This document shows, piece after piece, positions 1 through 9,430 of a DNA stretch of 64,000 bases; the first letter of the stretch is position 1; each line of letters opens with the position of its first letter. The notes below the pieces were generated by a model, which ran no database searches, was not told the DNA's origin, and was given only the letters and a program-made list of their open reading frames with translations. The DNA comes from an uncultured Eubacteriales bacterium. Its GTDB lineage: Bacteria; Bacillota; Clostridia; Christensenellales; CAG-138. The position numbers and the translations under genes were made by a program. The stretch is taken from the NCBI GenBank assembly GCA_902789675.1, contig CADAPG010000005.1, positions 868 through 64,867 of the forward strand, in the 5' to 3' direction.

Positions 1-18
1 CAAAGCGGTATTATACTC

Positions 19-711
19 GTGCAGACGGATGTGCCTACTGCTGCCCCGAGATCCATCATTCCTAACCTTGAGATCGGCGTCCCTCTCGTGCTACGAGAGC
101 GAGAGGGACGCCCAGTTAAAACCGTTATGGAGAAAAAGCTATCGGACGTCGCAATCCTGCAGAGTGGATTGGTCCTGAGTCGAAAAGAAGCGAGAGCCGG
201 AGATGACGCAATCGAGTATAAGCGATTGAATCTTCGGTCAGTTGAAGCTGGTGGCAAAATCAACTTGTCAACACTCGAAGCTTATTATTCGAGAAGCGAA
301 ATACCGCCTGCTCAACTCACAAAGAAGAATGATATTGTAATTCGATTGCTCGACCCTCTTTATCCTGTTCTTATCGGAAAAAGCGAAGAAGGATTGGTAG
401 TTCCATCACAACTGGCAATCATACGAGTTACAAATAATATGGTTCTGCCGGCTTTCTTGTGCATATTTCTGTCGCGGCCGGCTATCTCTGAAAAACTGAC
501 GGCTGAAGACACGCACGCGTTCAGGACCATTTCTGTTGGTGCGATTTTAAACACCACGATACCTATTCTCCCACTGGACATTCAAAAAAAGCTGATTGAG
601 ATTTACAACGCAAATAATCGTCGTATTCAGCTGTACCGCGAGTTAATTGAAAAGGAACAACTTTACACAGACCTTGTAATTGAAAAAATGATTGGAGGAC
701 ATCATGAGTAA
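19..711 (+). CDS. hsdS: Type I R-M specificity subunit, half-size (one target-recognition domain plus C-terminal coiled-coil conserved region). The 5' end is uncertain: GTG19, ATG127, or upstream of the window.
   Basis: TRD-like body followed by the helical tail LPLDIQKKLIEIYNANNRRIQLYRELIEKEQ typical of HsdS conserved regions. The stop overlaps the hsdM start. There is no in-frame stop between nt 1 and 19, so the ORF may be open to the left edge. Confidence 0.7.
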   Translation: MQTDVPTAAPRSIIPNLEIGVPLVLREREGRPVKTVMEKKLSDVAILQSGLVLSRKEARAGDDAIEYKRLNLRSVEAGGKINLSTLEAYYSRSEIPPAQLTKKNDIVIRLLDPLYPVLIGKSEEGLVVPSQLAIIRVTNNMVLPAFLCIFLSRPAISEKLTAEDTHAFRTISVGAILNTTIPILPLDIQKKLIEIYNANNRRIQLYRELIEKEQLYTDLVIEKMIGGHHE

Positions 712-2272
712 AACCACAAAAAAAGACATTGAAAATGCATTGATGCGCGGAGCGGACTCGTTACGCGACACAATTGATGCAGCAAACTATAAGGACTATG
801 TCCTTCCGATCATGTTTGTTAAATACCTCAGTGATTCTTATCGTGAAGAGGTTGAAAAGCTTCAGAAAGAATATGAGGGCATCCGCTTGGAGCGGCAAAA
901 GCGTTATCTTCCGTTCACAGTGGCGGAGGAGTGTTCTTTCCAAAGTCTGTATGACCAGCGCTTTTCCGAGAACATCGGGCAGCTGATCAATGTTGCGCTT
1001 CGCCAGATCGAGAATGACAACCATCAGCAGCTTTCCGGTGTATTAAGCGCAGTTGACTACAACAGCGAAACCACGCTTGGAACACGGGAGCATAAGAAAG
1101 CTATTCTTTGCGACCTGCTTGAGGACTTTGTCAATCTTGATCTTCGTCCGTCAATGATCGAAACGAAGGATGGACAGATCGCGGCTGACGTGATCGGAGA
1201 TGCTTATGAATACATGATCGGTCAGTTTGCGAGCATGGCAGGAAAGAAAGCTGGTTCCTTCTACACGCCTGCAGCTGTTTCCGAAATCATGGCGCGGCTC
1301 GTAGCGGTTCAACCTCGTGAACGTGTATATGATCCGACATGCGGATCTGGTTCTTTGCTGATAAAGGCGGCAAAGCATCAGAATACGAATGAGGTTTCCA
1401 TCTTCGGCCAGGAGGTGAACGGATCTTCTGTCGCCATGGCGAAGATGAATATGTATATCCATGAAATCCGCGACGCGAAGATCGCCTGGGGGGATACGCT
1501 TGCAAATCCGATCTTCAAGGATTCCGACGGCAATCTGCTGACGTTTGACGCGATTGTCGCAAATATGCCTTTCTCCAAGGATAAATGGGCTTCCGGCTTT
1601 AACCCGGGTGGTGAATCCAGTGGAAAAGGCAAGAAAGAGTTCAAAATGGAAGCATCTCTGGACAAGTTCCACCGCTTTGATTGGGGAGTTCCGCCTGCAA
1701 GCAAAGGTGATTGGGCGTTTCTTTTACACATGATCGCAAGTATGTCGGTAAAAGGACGCATTGCAGCGGTTGCACCGCACGGCGTTTTGTTCCGCGGCGC
1801 GGCGGAAGGACGAATTCGTCAGCGCGTTATTGAGGAGAACCTGCTTGATGCGGTGATTGGTTTGCCGGAGAATCTATTCTATGGCACACCTATACCGGCA
1901 TGCATTCTCGTGTTCAAAGCGAATCGTCAGACAAAAGACATCCTGTTTATCGACGCGAGTAAAAAGGACGAAAACGGGAATCTCCGTTACATTAAGGCAA
2001 AGAATCAGAACGAATTGGGGCAAAAGCACGTTGATGATATCATCCACGCTTATACAGAGCGGAAAGACGTTGACAAATTTGCGCACGTTGCATCGCCGGA
2101 AGAGATTAAGGCAAATGACTATAATCTGAACATCCCGCGTTATGTCGATACATTTGAAGAAGAAGAGCTGATCGATATCGAGGAGGTTCAAGCAAATATT
2201 GCAAAGCTAAAGACCGAAATCGCAGAGGCAGAAGCCAAAATGGAAGCATATCTGAAGGAGCTGGGATTATGA
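704..2272 (+). CDS. hsdM: Type I R-M N6-adenine DNA methyltransferase subunit M
   Basis: AdoMet motif DPTCGSGSLL and catalytic NMPF (ANMPFS). GGAGG lies 5 nt upstream of ATG704; the ORF-track start TTG692 is less likely. C-terminal coiled coil. Confidence 0.95.
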   Translation: MSKTTKKDIENALMRGADSLRDTIDAANYKDYVLPIMFVKYLSDSYREEVEKLQKEYEGIRLERQKRYLPFTVAEECSFQSLYDQRFSENIGQLINVALRQIENDNHQQLSGVLSAVDYNSETTLGTREHKKAILCDLLEDFVNLDLRPSMIETKDGQIAADVIGDAYEYMIGQFASMAGKKAGSFYTPAAVSEIMARLVAVQPRERVYDPTCGSGSLLIKAAKHQNTNEVSIFGQEVNGSSVAMAKMNMYIHEIRDAKIAWGDTLANPIFKDSDGNLLTFDAIVANMPFSKDKWASGFNPGGESSGKGKKEFKMEASLDKFHRFDWGVPPASKGDWAFLLHMIASMSVKGRIAAVAPHGVLFRGAAEGRIRQRVIEENLLDAVIGLPENLFYGTPIPACILVFKANRQTKDILFIDASKKDENGNLRYIKAKNQNELGQKHVDDIIHAYTERKDVDKFAHVASPEEIKANDYNLNIPRYVDTFEEEELIDIEEVQANIAKLKTEIAEAEAKMEAYLKELGL

Positions 2273-3291
2273 GCGATGAACTAGCGAATACCGGGAAGAT
2301 CCTGATTTATCAAACCGAAAAAGGCGATACCAAGGTTGACGTCTACTTTGCAGAGGACACCATCTGGATGACGCAGCGCGCCATGGCGGAGCTTTATCAG
2401 ACCACACCGCAAAACATTACCACACATATAAAAAACATCTATGCAGATGGTGAACTTGACATGAATTCAACTTGTAAGGATTACTTACAAGTTCAAACCG
2501 AGGGATCAAGAGAAGTAGAGCGTGCCAGAAAGTATTACAGTCTGGATATGATTCTGGCGGTCGGTTATCGTGTGCGCAGCAACGTTGGTATCCATTTCCG
2601 CAGATGGGCGAGCAGCGTCCTTACGGAATACATGAAGAAGGGCTTCGTGCTGAACGACGAACGCCTGCGCAACCCGAAGGAGTTTGGCGCCGACTACTTC
2701 GACGAATTGCTGGAGCGCATCCGCGACATCCGTGCCAGCGAAAAGCGGCTCTATCAAAAGGTTAAGGAAATCTTCGCTTTGTCCGTCGATTACGACAGCC
2801 GAAGCGATGCGGCACAGCTGTTTTTCAAAACCGTGCAGAACAAGCTCGAATATGCGGCGACCGGTCACACCGCGCCGGAGATCATTGCCGCACGCGCGGA
2901 CGCTTCCAAAGACAATATGGGGCTGACGTCATTCAAAGGTGTCAAGGTTCGCAAAACGGATGTGACCGTGGCAAAGAACTATATGACGCACGAGGAAATC
3001 AGCACGCTGAATCTGATTGTCAATATGTATCTCGACTATGCAGAACTGCAGGCAAAACACCATCGCGTTATGCACATGGCGGATTGGGAATTGAAGCTCA
3101 ACCAATTCCTGCAATTCAACGGTCGGGAAGTACTGCAGAACTTTGGTACGGTAAGGCGTGAGGTTGCAGAAGCATTGGCAATTGGCGAGTATGAAAAGTA
3201 TGATGCGCATCGCCGAATGATCGAATCTATAGACAGCGCTGATGAATTAGCAGAGGATGCAAGAAGAATTGAGGAAGGATTTGAAAAATGA
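2269..3291 (+). CDS. rhuM: RhuM-family protein, commonly nested in type I R-M loci
   Basis: The N-terminus ILIYQTEKGDTKVDVYFAEDTIWMTQRAMAELYQTTPQNITTHIKNIY and the body SLDMILAVGYRVRSNVGIHFRRWA match my memory of the RhuM family. ATGA overlaps at both ends. Confidence 0.75.
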   Translation: MSDELANTGKILIYQTEKGDTKVDVYFAEDTIWMTQRAMAELYQTTPQNITTHIKNIYADGELDMNSTCKDYLQVQTEGSREVERARKYYSLDMILAVGYRVRSNVGIHFRRWASSVLTEYMKKGFVLNDERLRNPKEFGADYFDELLERIRDIRASEKRLYQKVKEIFALSVDYDSRSDAAQLFFKTVQNKLEYAATGHTAPEIIAARADASKDNMGLTSFKGVKVRKTDVTVAKNYMTHEEISTLNLIVNMYLDYAELQAKHHRVMHMADWELKLNQFLQFNGREVLQNFGTVRREVAEALAIGEYEKYDAHRRMIESIDSADELAEDARRIEEGFEK

Positions 3292-3938
3292 TGAGCAATC
3301 CTAAAAAGAATGATCCAAGACAATTCTCGGAAAGGCATCCGAAGTGGAACACAATACTGGGTTTGTTTTTATTTTTGATATTGTTAGCAGCAGCAGGGAC
3401 GATACTGTTCTTCGGATTCAAATTCCTAGGAATTGCGATATCACGCTTTCTTGACTGGCTCAAAGACATTTCATCCAGTTTTGACGCTGTTGTCATAGTT
3501 GCTTTGATAACAGGGACTGTTTCGATCATTACAGTTCTTATTAGTTCCGTTGTCGCAAAAAGCATTGAATATAAAAAACAAAGACGTGCTTATCTTGCTC
3601 AAAAACGCGAAAAATCATATGGTGAATTCGTTGAGATGGTATATAAAATACAAATGTATAGTAAAAATGCTGGAAGCTATACAGAAGAAGAAATGAAAGA
3701 TGATATTCGGTCTTTTTCACAAGAATTAACACTCTGGGGGTCGAAAAGAGTTGCTGATAAATGGGTTCAGTTTAGACTGAATGGTGTAAACCCAAAGGTT
3801 GCTACAGATAATTTGTTTTTATTAGAACAAATAATGAACGAAATGAGAAAAGATCTCGGAGTAAAGCGTGTGAAGAAGGGAAAATTGCTTTCGTTTTTTG
3901 TCAATGACATAGATTCGATTATGGGGAAAAACAAATGA
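3288..3938 (+). CDS. Hypothetical 2-TM membrane protein with a ~125-aa helical cytoplasmic tail, nested in the R-M operon
   Basis: Two hydrophobic helices (ILGLFLFLILLAAAGTILFFGF and VVIVALITGTVSIITVLISSVVA) followed by a charged helical region. ATGA overlap with rhuM upstream and with hsdS downstream. No family recognised. Confidence 0.6.
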   Translation: MMSNPKKNDPRQFSERHPKWNTILGLFLFLILLAAAGTILFFGFKFLGIAISRFLDWLKDISSSFDAVVIVALITGTVSIITVLISSVVAKSIEYKKQRRAYLAQKREKSYGEFVEMVYKIQMYSKNAGSYTEEEMKDDIRSFSQELTLWGSKRVADKWVQFRLNGVNPKVATDNLFLLEQIMNEMRKDLGVKRVKKGKLLSFFVNDIDSIMGKNK

Positions 3939-5224
3939 CCACGAAAATCAAGCAACGAATTGAACAGACTCGTCGCGGGGAAGTGCCTGAGGGATATTGT
4001 ATGAAAAGAGCAATGCTATATCCTATGGGCTGGGGGGAGCCAACACCTTTGAACACCGTACTGCACGAGAATACAGATAGAAATGAAAAACTAGAATATG
4101 GGAAGGAGGACGTTCTATCGGTTTCTGGTGAACTTGGGATAATTAACCAGATTGAGCTCCTTGGCCGATCATATGCAGGAGAGTCTGTTGCTCCATATCA
4201 TGTCGTGGAAACAGGTGATGTGGTATATACAAAGAGCCCGCTGAAGGACAATCCGTATGGAATTATTAAGCAGAACCGCGGTAAACCAGGGATAGTATCA
4301 ACACTCTATGCGGTATACCATTGTGATAACCTGATTACCGGTCAGTATCTTGAAAACTATTTTTCTATTGACTCCTTTTTGAACAACTACCTTAGACCTA
4401 TCGTAAAACGTGGTGCAAAAAATGACATGAAAGTCAACAACGAGGATGTTCTGTTGGGAACAATTCCGCTTCCTCAAATTGATGAACAAAAGATAATCAA
4501 CGAAATAATATCTCATGCGGATCATCTAATCAGGCTTAAGCAAATGCTGATTGATGAACTGAAGAAGTTAAAGCGGGCATGCCTGGCAAAGATGTTTCCT
4601 CAAGAAGGGGAAACGGTACCGGAGATTCGCTTCCCTGGATTCACTGCTCCTTGGGAAAAGCGAATGCTTAGGGATGAATTCGCAAGAAGAAGTGAACGAA
4701 ATGACGGCTCGTTCAAAAAACAACATTGGATTTCTGTTGCGAAAATGTATTATCAATCAGCAGATAAAGTCCAATCAAATAATATAGATACAAGAACATA
4801 TATCATGAGGAAAGGAGATATCGCTTTCGAAGGACACCCAAATGCAGATTTCAAGTATGGGAGATTTGTTGTAAACGATATTGGTGATGGCATTATTTCA
4901 GAGCTATTTCCTATTTATCGACATTTAGGGGAGTTTGATATTGCGTATTGGAAAGTGGCTATTCAAAAAGAAGACATCATGGCACCAATAATAGCAAAAG
5001 CAATAACGACGTCAGGTGCTTCTTCAAACAAGCTTAATGAAGAACACTTTTTACGGCAATTTATATTTGTTCCTTCAATGCCAGAACAAGTTGTGATTGG
5101 AAAGTTCTTTTCTTGCTTGGACTCCATGATTAGCCTTTACCAAAACCAGCTTAAACAGGAGGTACAAAAAAAGAAAGCCATAATGCAGCTATTACTGACG
5201 GGGATCGTGAGGGTAAATCAATGA
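3935..5224 (+). CDS. hsdS: Type I R-M specificity subunit, full length (two TRDs)
   Basis: Two TRD-like halves separated by the central coiled coil IPLPQIDEQKIINEIISHADHLIRLKQMLIDELKKLKRACLAKMFPQEGE. Matching C-terminal conserved region VPSMPEQVVIGKFFSCLDSMISLYQNQL. Confidence 0.9.
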   Translation: MTTKIKQRIEQTRRGEVPEGYCMKRAMLYPMGWGEPTPLNTVLHENTDRNEKLEYGKEDVLSVSGELGIINQIELLGRSYAGESVAPYHVVETGDVVYTKSPLKDNPYGIIKQNRGKPGIVSTLYAVYHCDNLITGQYLENYFSIDSFLNNYLRPIVKRGAKNDMKVNNEDVLLGTIPLPQIDEQKIINEIISHADHLIRLKQMLIDELKKLKRACLAKMFPQEGETVPEIRFPGFTAPWEKRMLRDEFARRSERNDGSFKKQHWISVAKMYYQSADKVQSNNIDTRTYIMRKGDIAFEGHPNADFKYGRFVVNDIGDGIISELFPIYRHLGEFDIAYWKVAIQKEDIMAPIIAKAITTSGASSNKLNEEHFLRQFIFVPSMPEQVVIGKFFSCLDSMISLYQNQLKQEVQKKKAIMQLLLTGIVRVNQ

Positions 5225-6018
5225 ACATGAACAAGAAGGATGTTACGAATTCGGAAGACTTGCAAAGATATTTGCAGGAAAAGTCCCGTGAATCCGATAG
5301 GTTGTATCATTATACATCTTTTGATAGCTTGATTTGTATTATCAAAAACAAGTGTGTCCGTTTGTCAAGAATGGATTTGATGAATGATAAAGCCGAACAG
5401 ACTTTAGGACGTCAGGATCAACATTTGAAAAACTATATCATGAGTTTTACGAGAGACAAAGAGTATGTTTCTATGTGGGCGATGTATGGCAAACCGAGCG
5501 GAATAAAGATTCGGGTTGATTTTTCAAGAGATTGCTTTGAGAGAGCAATTAACAACAACTTCTATGAAGATGCTGCGCTAGTGAAGAAAATACCTTTTGA
5601 ATCCGATAACGCCCCTGGGGCATTTTATAAAAAAGATATTCTTATTTCTGATGTGGTTTACCTTGATAAGATATCACAGCAATTACGGCATAATGAGAAT
5701 AAATTCTCTAGTATTGTAGCTGATCAACTGGTTGTTAATGAAATGACAGGGTTCATCAAATATGATGCATGGGAGTTTGAAAGGGAAACGCGTTTGCGTG
5801 TATTAATGCATCATGAGAAAGGGGCTAATCTTGCGGAAATACCAAAGTATATATATGCTGGAATAGATGGGGATTTGGTTCGCGATCTGCATATTACTTT
5901 TAACCCTTGGATGTCTAAAGAATTGAAAGAAGAGATTAAAAAGAGTTTAGACTCTTTAGCAGGATGTCATTTATCATATGATAACAGTCAAAATGACGGC
6001 GAAATATCAGAGCTGTAA
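5221..6018 (+). CDS. DUF2971-like protein
   Basis: N-terminal LYHYTSFDSLICIIKNKCVRLSRMDLMNDKAEQ matches the remembered DUF2971 signature (YHYTS...L...ND..E). ATGA overlap with hsdS. Confidence 0.55.
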   Translation: MNMNKKDVTNSEDLQRYLQEKSRESDRLYHYTSFDSLICIIKNKCVRLSRMDLMNDKAEQTLGRQDQHLKNYIMSFTRDKEYVSMWAMYGKPSGIKIRVDFSRDCFERAINNNFYEDAALVKKIPFESDNAPGAFYKKDILISDVVYLDKISQQLRHNENKFSSIVADQLVVNEMTGFIKYDAWEFERETRLRVLMHHEKGANLAEIPKYIYAGIDGDLVRDLHITFNPWMSKELKEEIKKSLDSLAGCHLSYDNSQNDGEISEL

Positions 6019-6030
6019 GGAGGATAATCC

Positions 6031-6204
6031 ATGAGCATTGAAGAGCATATCAGCAAAGAAATACTCAAAAACTCTGTCAAGAATTGCCCAAACTATACGG
6101 AGAAAATGAAAAGAGATTTGTGTGAGATAATTGATGTGGGACAGACACCAGATGAGATATGCAGGGCTGTTCTGTTATACTTTGCCGCATATACTTGGTG
6201 CTGA
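6031..6204 (+). CDS. Unlisted 57-aa Cys-containing small ORF: MSIEEHISKEILKNSVKNCPNYTEKMKRDLCEIIDVGQTPDEICRAVLLYFAAYTWC
   Basis: AGGAGG at 6019-6024 lies 6 nt upstream of ATG6031, and the ORF starts 12 nt after the DUF2971 stop. It is below the 60-aa cut-off of the ORF track. Four Cys. No family recognised. Confidence 0.4.
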   Translation: MSIEEHISKEILKNSVKNCPNYTEKMKRDLCEIIDVGQTPDEICRAVLLYFAAYTWC

Positions 6205-6268
6205 ATAAAGGGCGTTGTAGCCCTGCAGGATTCTATTAGTGTGTAACAGATAATACGGAGACAGATTT

Positions 6269-9200
6269 ATGCCAAACCATACCATTTTCAATGAACGTCC
6301 GGAATCGCAGGATCGTGCAATTAGGGTAATCGAACAACTCGGCTACACGGTTGTATCACGCGGCGATGCAGAACAAAAGCGCGGATCGCGGCGAGACGTA
6401 CTCTTTTCGGGAGAGCTGCAGTCCTTTTTAGGCAAGCAGACCTATCCTTTCAACAAAGAACAACGCTTCTTTTCCGGCGGAGGGATCTCGAAAGCCGTGC
6501 GTGCCATCGATCATGTTACGGCTGCCGGTCTGTATGCCTGCAACAAAGAGATCTATGATTTGCTGTGCGAAGGGAAGAGCGTAGAGGAAACGCTGCCGGA
6601 CGGTACACAGCAATCCTTTGATATTCGCTATATCGACTTTGATCATCCGGAAAACAATATCTTTCAAGTCACGGATGAGTTTGAAGTGGAACGACCGAAC
6701 GGGAAGTTTGCCCGTCCGGATATTGTTGTGCTGATTAACGGAATCCCCGTGGTTGTGATCGAATGCAAAAAGTCTTCTGTAGACGTGATGGAAGGTGTAA
6801 CACAGAACATCCGAAACCAGGGGGACGATTATATTCCGCAGCTGTTCCGCTATACGCAGATGGTGGTTGCCGTGAATCCGAATAAGGTGCTTTACGGCAC
6901 TTGCGGAACGCCAGCAAAGCATTTTGTTTCGTGGCATGAGGATGACAAACAGTGGCTCGATGCCTGGTGCAAAAAGTGCTCGCCGGACGGACAGATTCTG
7001 GAACAGGATCGTGCGTTGGTTTCTTTGCTGCATCCGGAACGCTTGTTGGATATTATCCGCAACTTTATCATCTATGACAACAATATCAAGAAGGTCTGCC
7101 GTTATAAACAGTTCTTTGCGGTCAAGAAATGCATGGACCGTGTACTGGAGCGAGACGGCGCCAATACACGAAGCGGCGTTGTTTGGCATACGCAGGGCAG
7201 CGGCAAGACCATCACCATGATTATGCTCACGAAGATGATTATTCGGGAAAGCATGAAAAAGGACAGTCCGATCAAAAAGCCCCGATTCATCATGGTGACC
7301 GACCGTATCAACCTCGATAAGCAGATCCGTGACAACTTTATACATACACAGATGGCACCGCACAGGGCAAAGACAGGAAAGGGCTTGGTTGAACTCCTGA
7401 AAGATGACAGCAACACGGTTATTACAGCACTGGTCAACAAGTTTGAGGCGGCAATCAAGCAAAAGTATTGCAACGAGAGTAAAAACATCTTTCTATTCAT
7501 CGATGAAGGACATCGTACGCAGTATGGCTCTTTGAATATGTATATGACGGAGGTTCTGCCGAATGCAGCAAAGATTGCCTTCACAGGAACGCCGTTGATG
7601 CAGAAAACACCAGAGGGAAGCAAGACACCGATTCAACCCAAACGCAACACGTTTGCCAAGTTCGGAACGCTGATTGACAGCTATACGCTTCAGGATGCGA
7701 TTGATGACGGCGTAACGGTTCCTTTGGTTTATGAAGGCCGTGTTGTTCCGCAATCTGTTACAAGCGAGCAGATCAACGCGCATCTGAAATATATCACGGT
7801 AGGGCTTTCGGAAGATGCGAGACTGGATCTGGAAAAGAAATACAGTCAATTCGTTTATACCGCAGAAACGGAGCAGCGGTTGAATATGATCGCTTTCGAC
7901 CTGCACGAGCATTTTATCAGCTATGTAAAGCCGAAAGGATTCAAAGCGATTCTGACCTGTTCCTCACGTGCTGCAGCCGTGCAAATGTTTTACAAGCTGC
8001 GCAGCATCGGGGGGATTACTCCTGCTGTCGTCATCACACCCAACACGGCAAACGAAGGAGATGACGAGGAAAACACGACAGAATCCAAGAGAATCATCGG
8101 AGATTTCTTCAAAAAGGAAATCGATCCGCTCTACAAGAACAACTATGAGGCATACGAAGATTCTGTTACCGGTGAGTTTGTAGACCCGGAAGGGGAGATT
8201 GATCTTCTCATCGTAAAAGATAAGTTGCTGACCGGCTTTGATGCACCAATTGCTGCGGTATTGTATGTTGATAAGAAGCTGAGAGATCACACTTTGCTGC
8301 AAGCAATCGCACGTGTCAACCGCGTATATGCAGATAAGGATTTCGGATTGATCGTTGATTATATCGGGATCTTCAAGAAGTTGAATTCGGCACTTGATTT
8401 GTATTCGGACGAAAAATCCGGAATGGATGCATTCGATCAAAGCGATATTACGTCTGCAATTACCTCGGTAGAAGAAGAAAAAACTGCGTTGGAGAAAGCA
8501 CATAAGATGCTTTGGGATGTATTCGAAGGCATTCCGAAGAATGAAAAACGAGCGAATGTCTGGCAGGAGCATCTTCGCGAATATGAAAAACGCGTACTAT
8601 TCTATGAAAAACTGGCTGCTTTTGCAAAGCGCGTTGACTTCCTTTATACGAGCTACGACTTGTTCAAAGCAATCGGGCAGGAAAAGGCAGAACAATATCG
8701 AAAAGACTACTTATTCTTCAAAAAACTGAAGGATAGCGTTTCCTTGCGTTTCAACGACAGGGTAGACTTCTCGCAATATGAAGATGGCATTCGCAGATTG
8801 TTGAACACCTATGTTAATGCAGAAGATGTAAGAACGATCATAGAACCGCTCGATATTTCCAATAAGGATAAAATGGAAGAGCAGTTGGCAAGGTTGGGAT
8901 CAAACGAGGCAAAGGCAGAGGCAATTCAAACTCGTCAGGTAGAGGTCTTGGAGAGCAGAAGATTCGAAGATCCGATTCTGTACATGACCTTCATGGAGCG
9001 AATTAACAAAACGATCCGTGACTATCTTGCTGAACGTGATAGCGAAAAATACTTGTCATCTATGGAGCAACTGGCAGACGATTATCGTGCCGGCAGAGGA
9101 AGTACGAATTACCCGGAGATCATCATGGACGATGGGGACGCTAAGTCTTTCTACGGAGCGGTGTGTGCGGGAATTAAAAAGTCAATTGGCGAGGTGACCA

Positions 9201-9427
9201 ACCCGACAAGTGACGCAATGGGCAAGCTGGCAATTAGCATTAAAAACATTATAATTGCCAACACGAAAAGGGATTGGAAAGATAATATTGTCGTTCATCG
9301 CAATATCAAGAAAGCGCTTGATGACCTGCTTTTCGACTATATTGAAGAAAATCATTTAGACTGGTCGTTGGATACAATCGACATTATCATCGATGAAATC
9401 ATGATGGTCGCAAAAAAAGGATTCTGA
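6269..9427 (+). CDS. hsdR: Type I restriction enzyme R subunit (endonuclease/helicase)
   Basis: PD-(D/E)xK nuclease motif PDIVVLINGIPVVVIECKK. Helicase motif I TQGSGKT and motif II DEGHR, plus QAIARVNR. Size is typical (1052 aa). Confidence 0.95.
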   Translation: MPNHTIFNERPESQDRAIRVIEQLGYTVVSRGDAEQKRGSRRDVLFSGELQSFLGKQTYPFNKEQRFFSGGGISKAVRAIDHVTAAGLYACNKEIYDLLCEGKSVEETLPDGTQQSFDIRYIDFDHPENNIFQVTDEFEVERPNGKFARPDIVVLINGIPVVVIECKKSSVDVMEGVTQNIRNQGDDYIPQLFRYTQMVVAVNPNKVLYGTCGTPAKHFVSWHEDDKQWLDAWCKKCSPDGQILEQDRALVSLLHPERLLDIIRNFIIYDNNIKKVCRYKQFFAVKKCMDRVLERDGANTRSGVVWHTQGSGKTITMIMLTKMIIRESMKKDSPIKKPRFIMVTDRINLDKQIRDNFIHTQMAPHRAKTGKGLVELLKDDSNTVITALVNKFEAAIKQKYCNESKNIFLFIDEGHRTQYGSLNMYMTEVLPNAAKIAFTGTPLMQKTPEGSKTPIQPKRNTFAKFGTLIDSYTLQDAIDDGVTVPLVYEGRVVPQSVTSEQINAHLKYITVGLSEDARLDLEKKYSQFVYTAETEQRLNMIAFDLHEHFISYVKPKGFKAILTCSSRAAAVQMFYKLRSIGGITPAVVITPNTANEGDDEENTTESKRIIGDFFKKEIDPLYKNNYEAYEDSVTGEFVDPEGEIDLLIVKDKLLTGFDAPIAAVLYVDKKLRDHTLLQAIARVNRVYADKDFGLIVDYIGIFKKLNSALDLYSDEKSGMDAFDQSDITSAITSVEEEKTALEKAHKMLWDVFEGIPKNEKRANVWQEHLREYEKRVLFYEKLAAFAKRVDFLYTSYDLFKAIGQEKAEQYRKDYLFFKKLKDSVSLRFNDRVDFSQYEDGIRRLLNTYVNAEDVRTIIEPLDISNKDKMEEQLARLGSNEAKAEAIQTRQVEVLESRRFEDPILYMTFMERINKTIRDYLAERDSEKYLSSMEQLADDYRAGRGSTNYPEIIMDDGDAKSFYGAVCAGIKKSIGEVTNPTSDAMGKLAISIKNIIIANTKRDWKDNIVVHRNIKKALDDLLFDYIEENHLDWSLDTIDIIIDEIMMVAKKGF

Positions 9428-9430
9428 GAA

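Noticed and set aside
19-5224. A phase-variable hsdS shufflon
   Set aside because: The two hsdS genes are in direct orientation. I see no inverted repeats shared between them, and no recombinase gene lies nearby.
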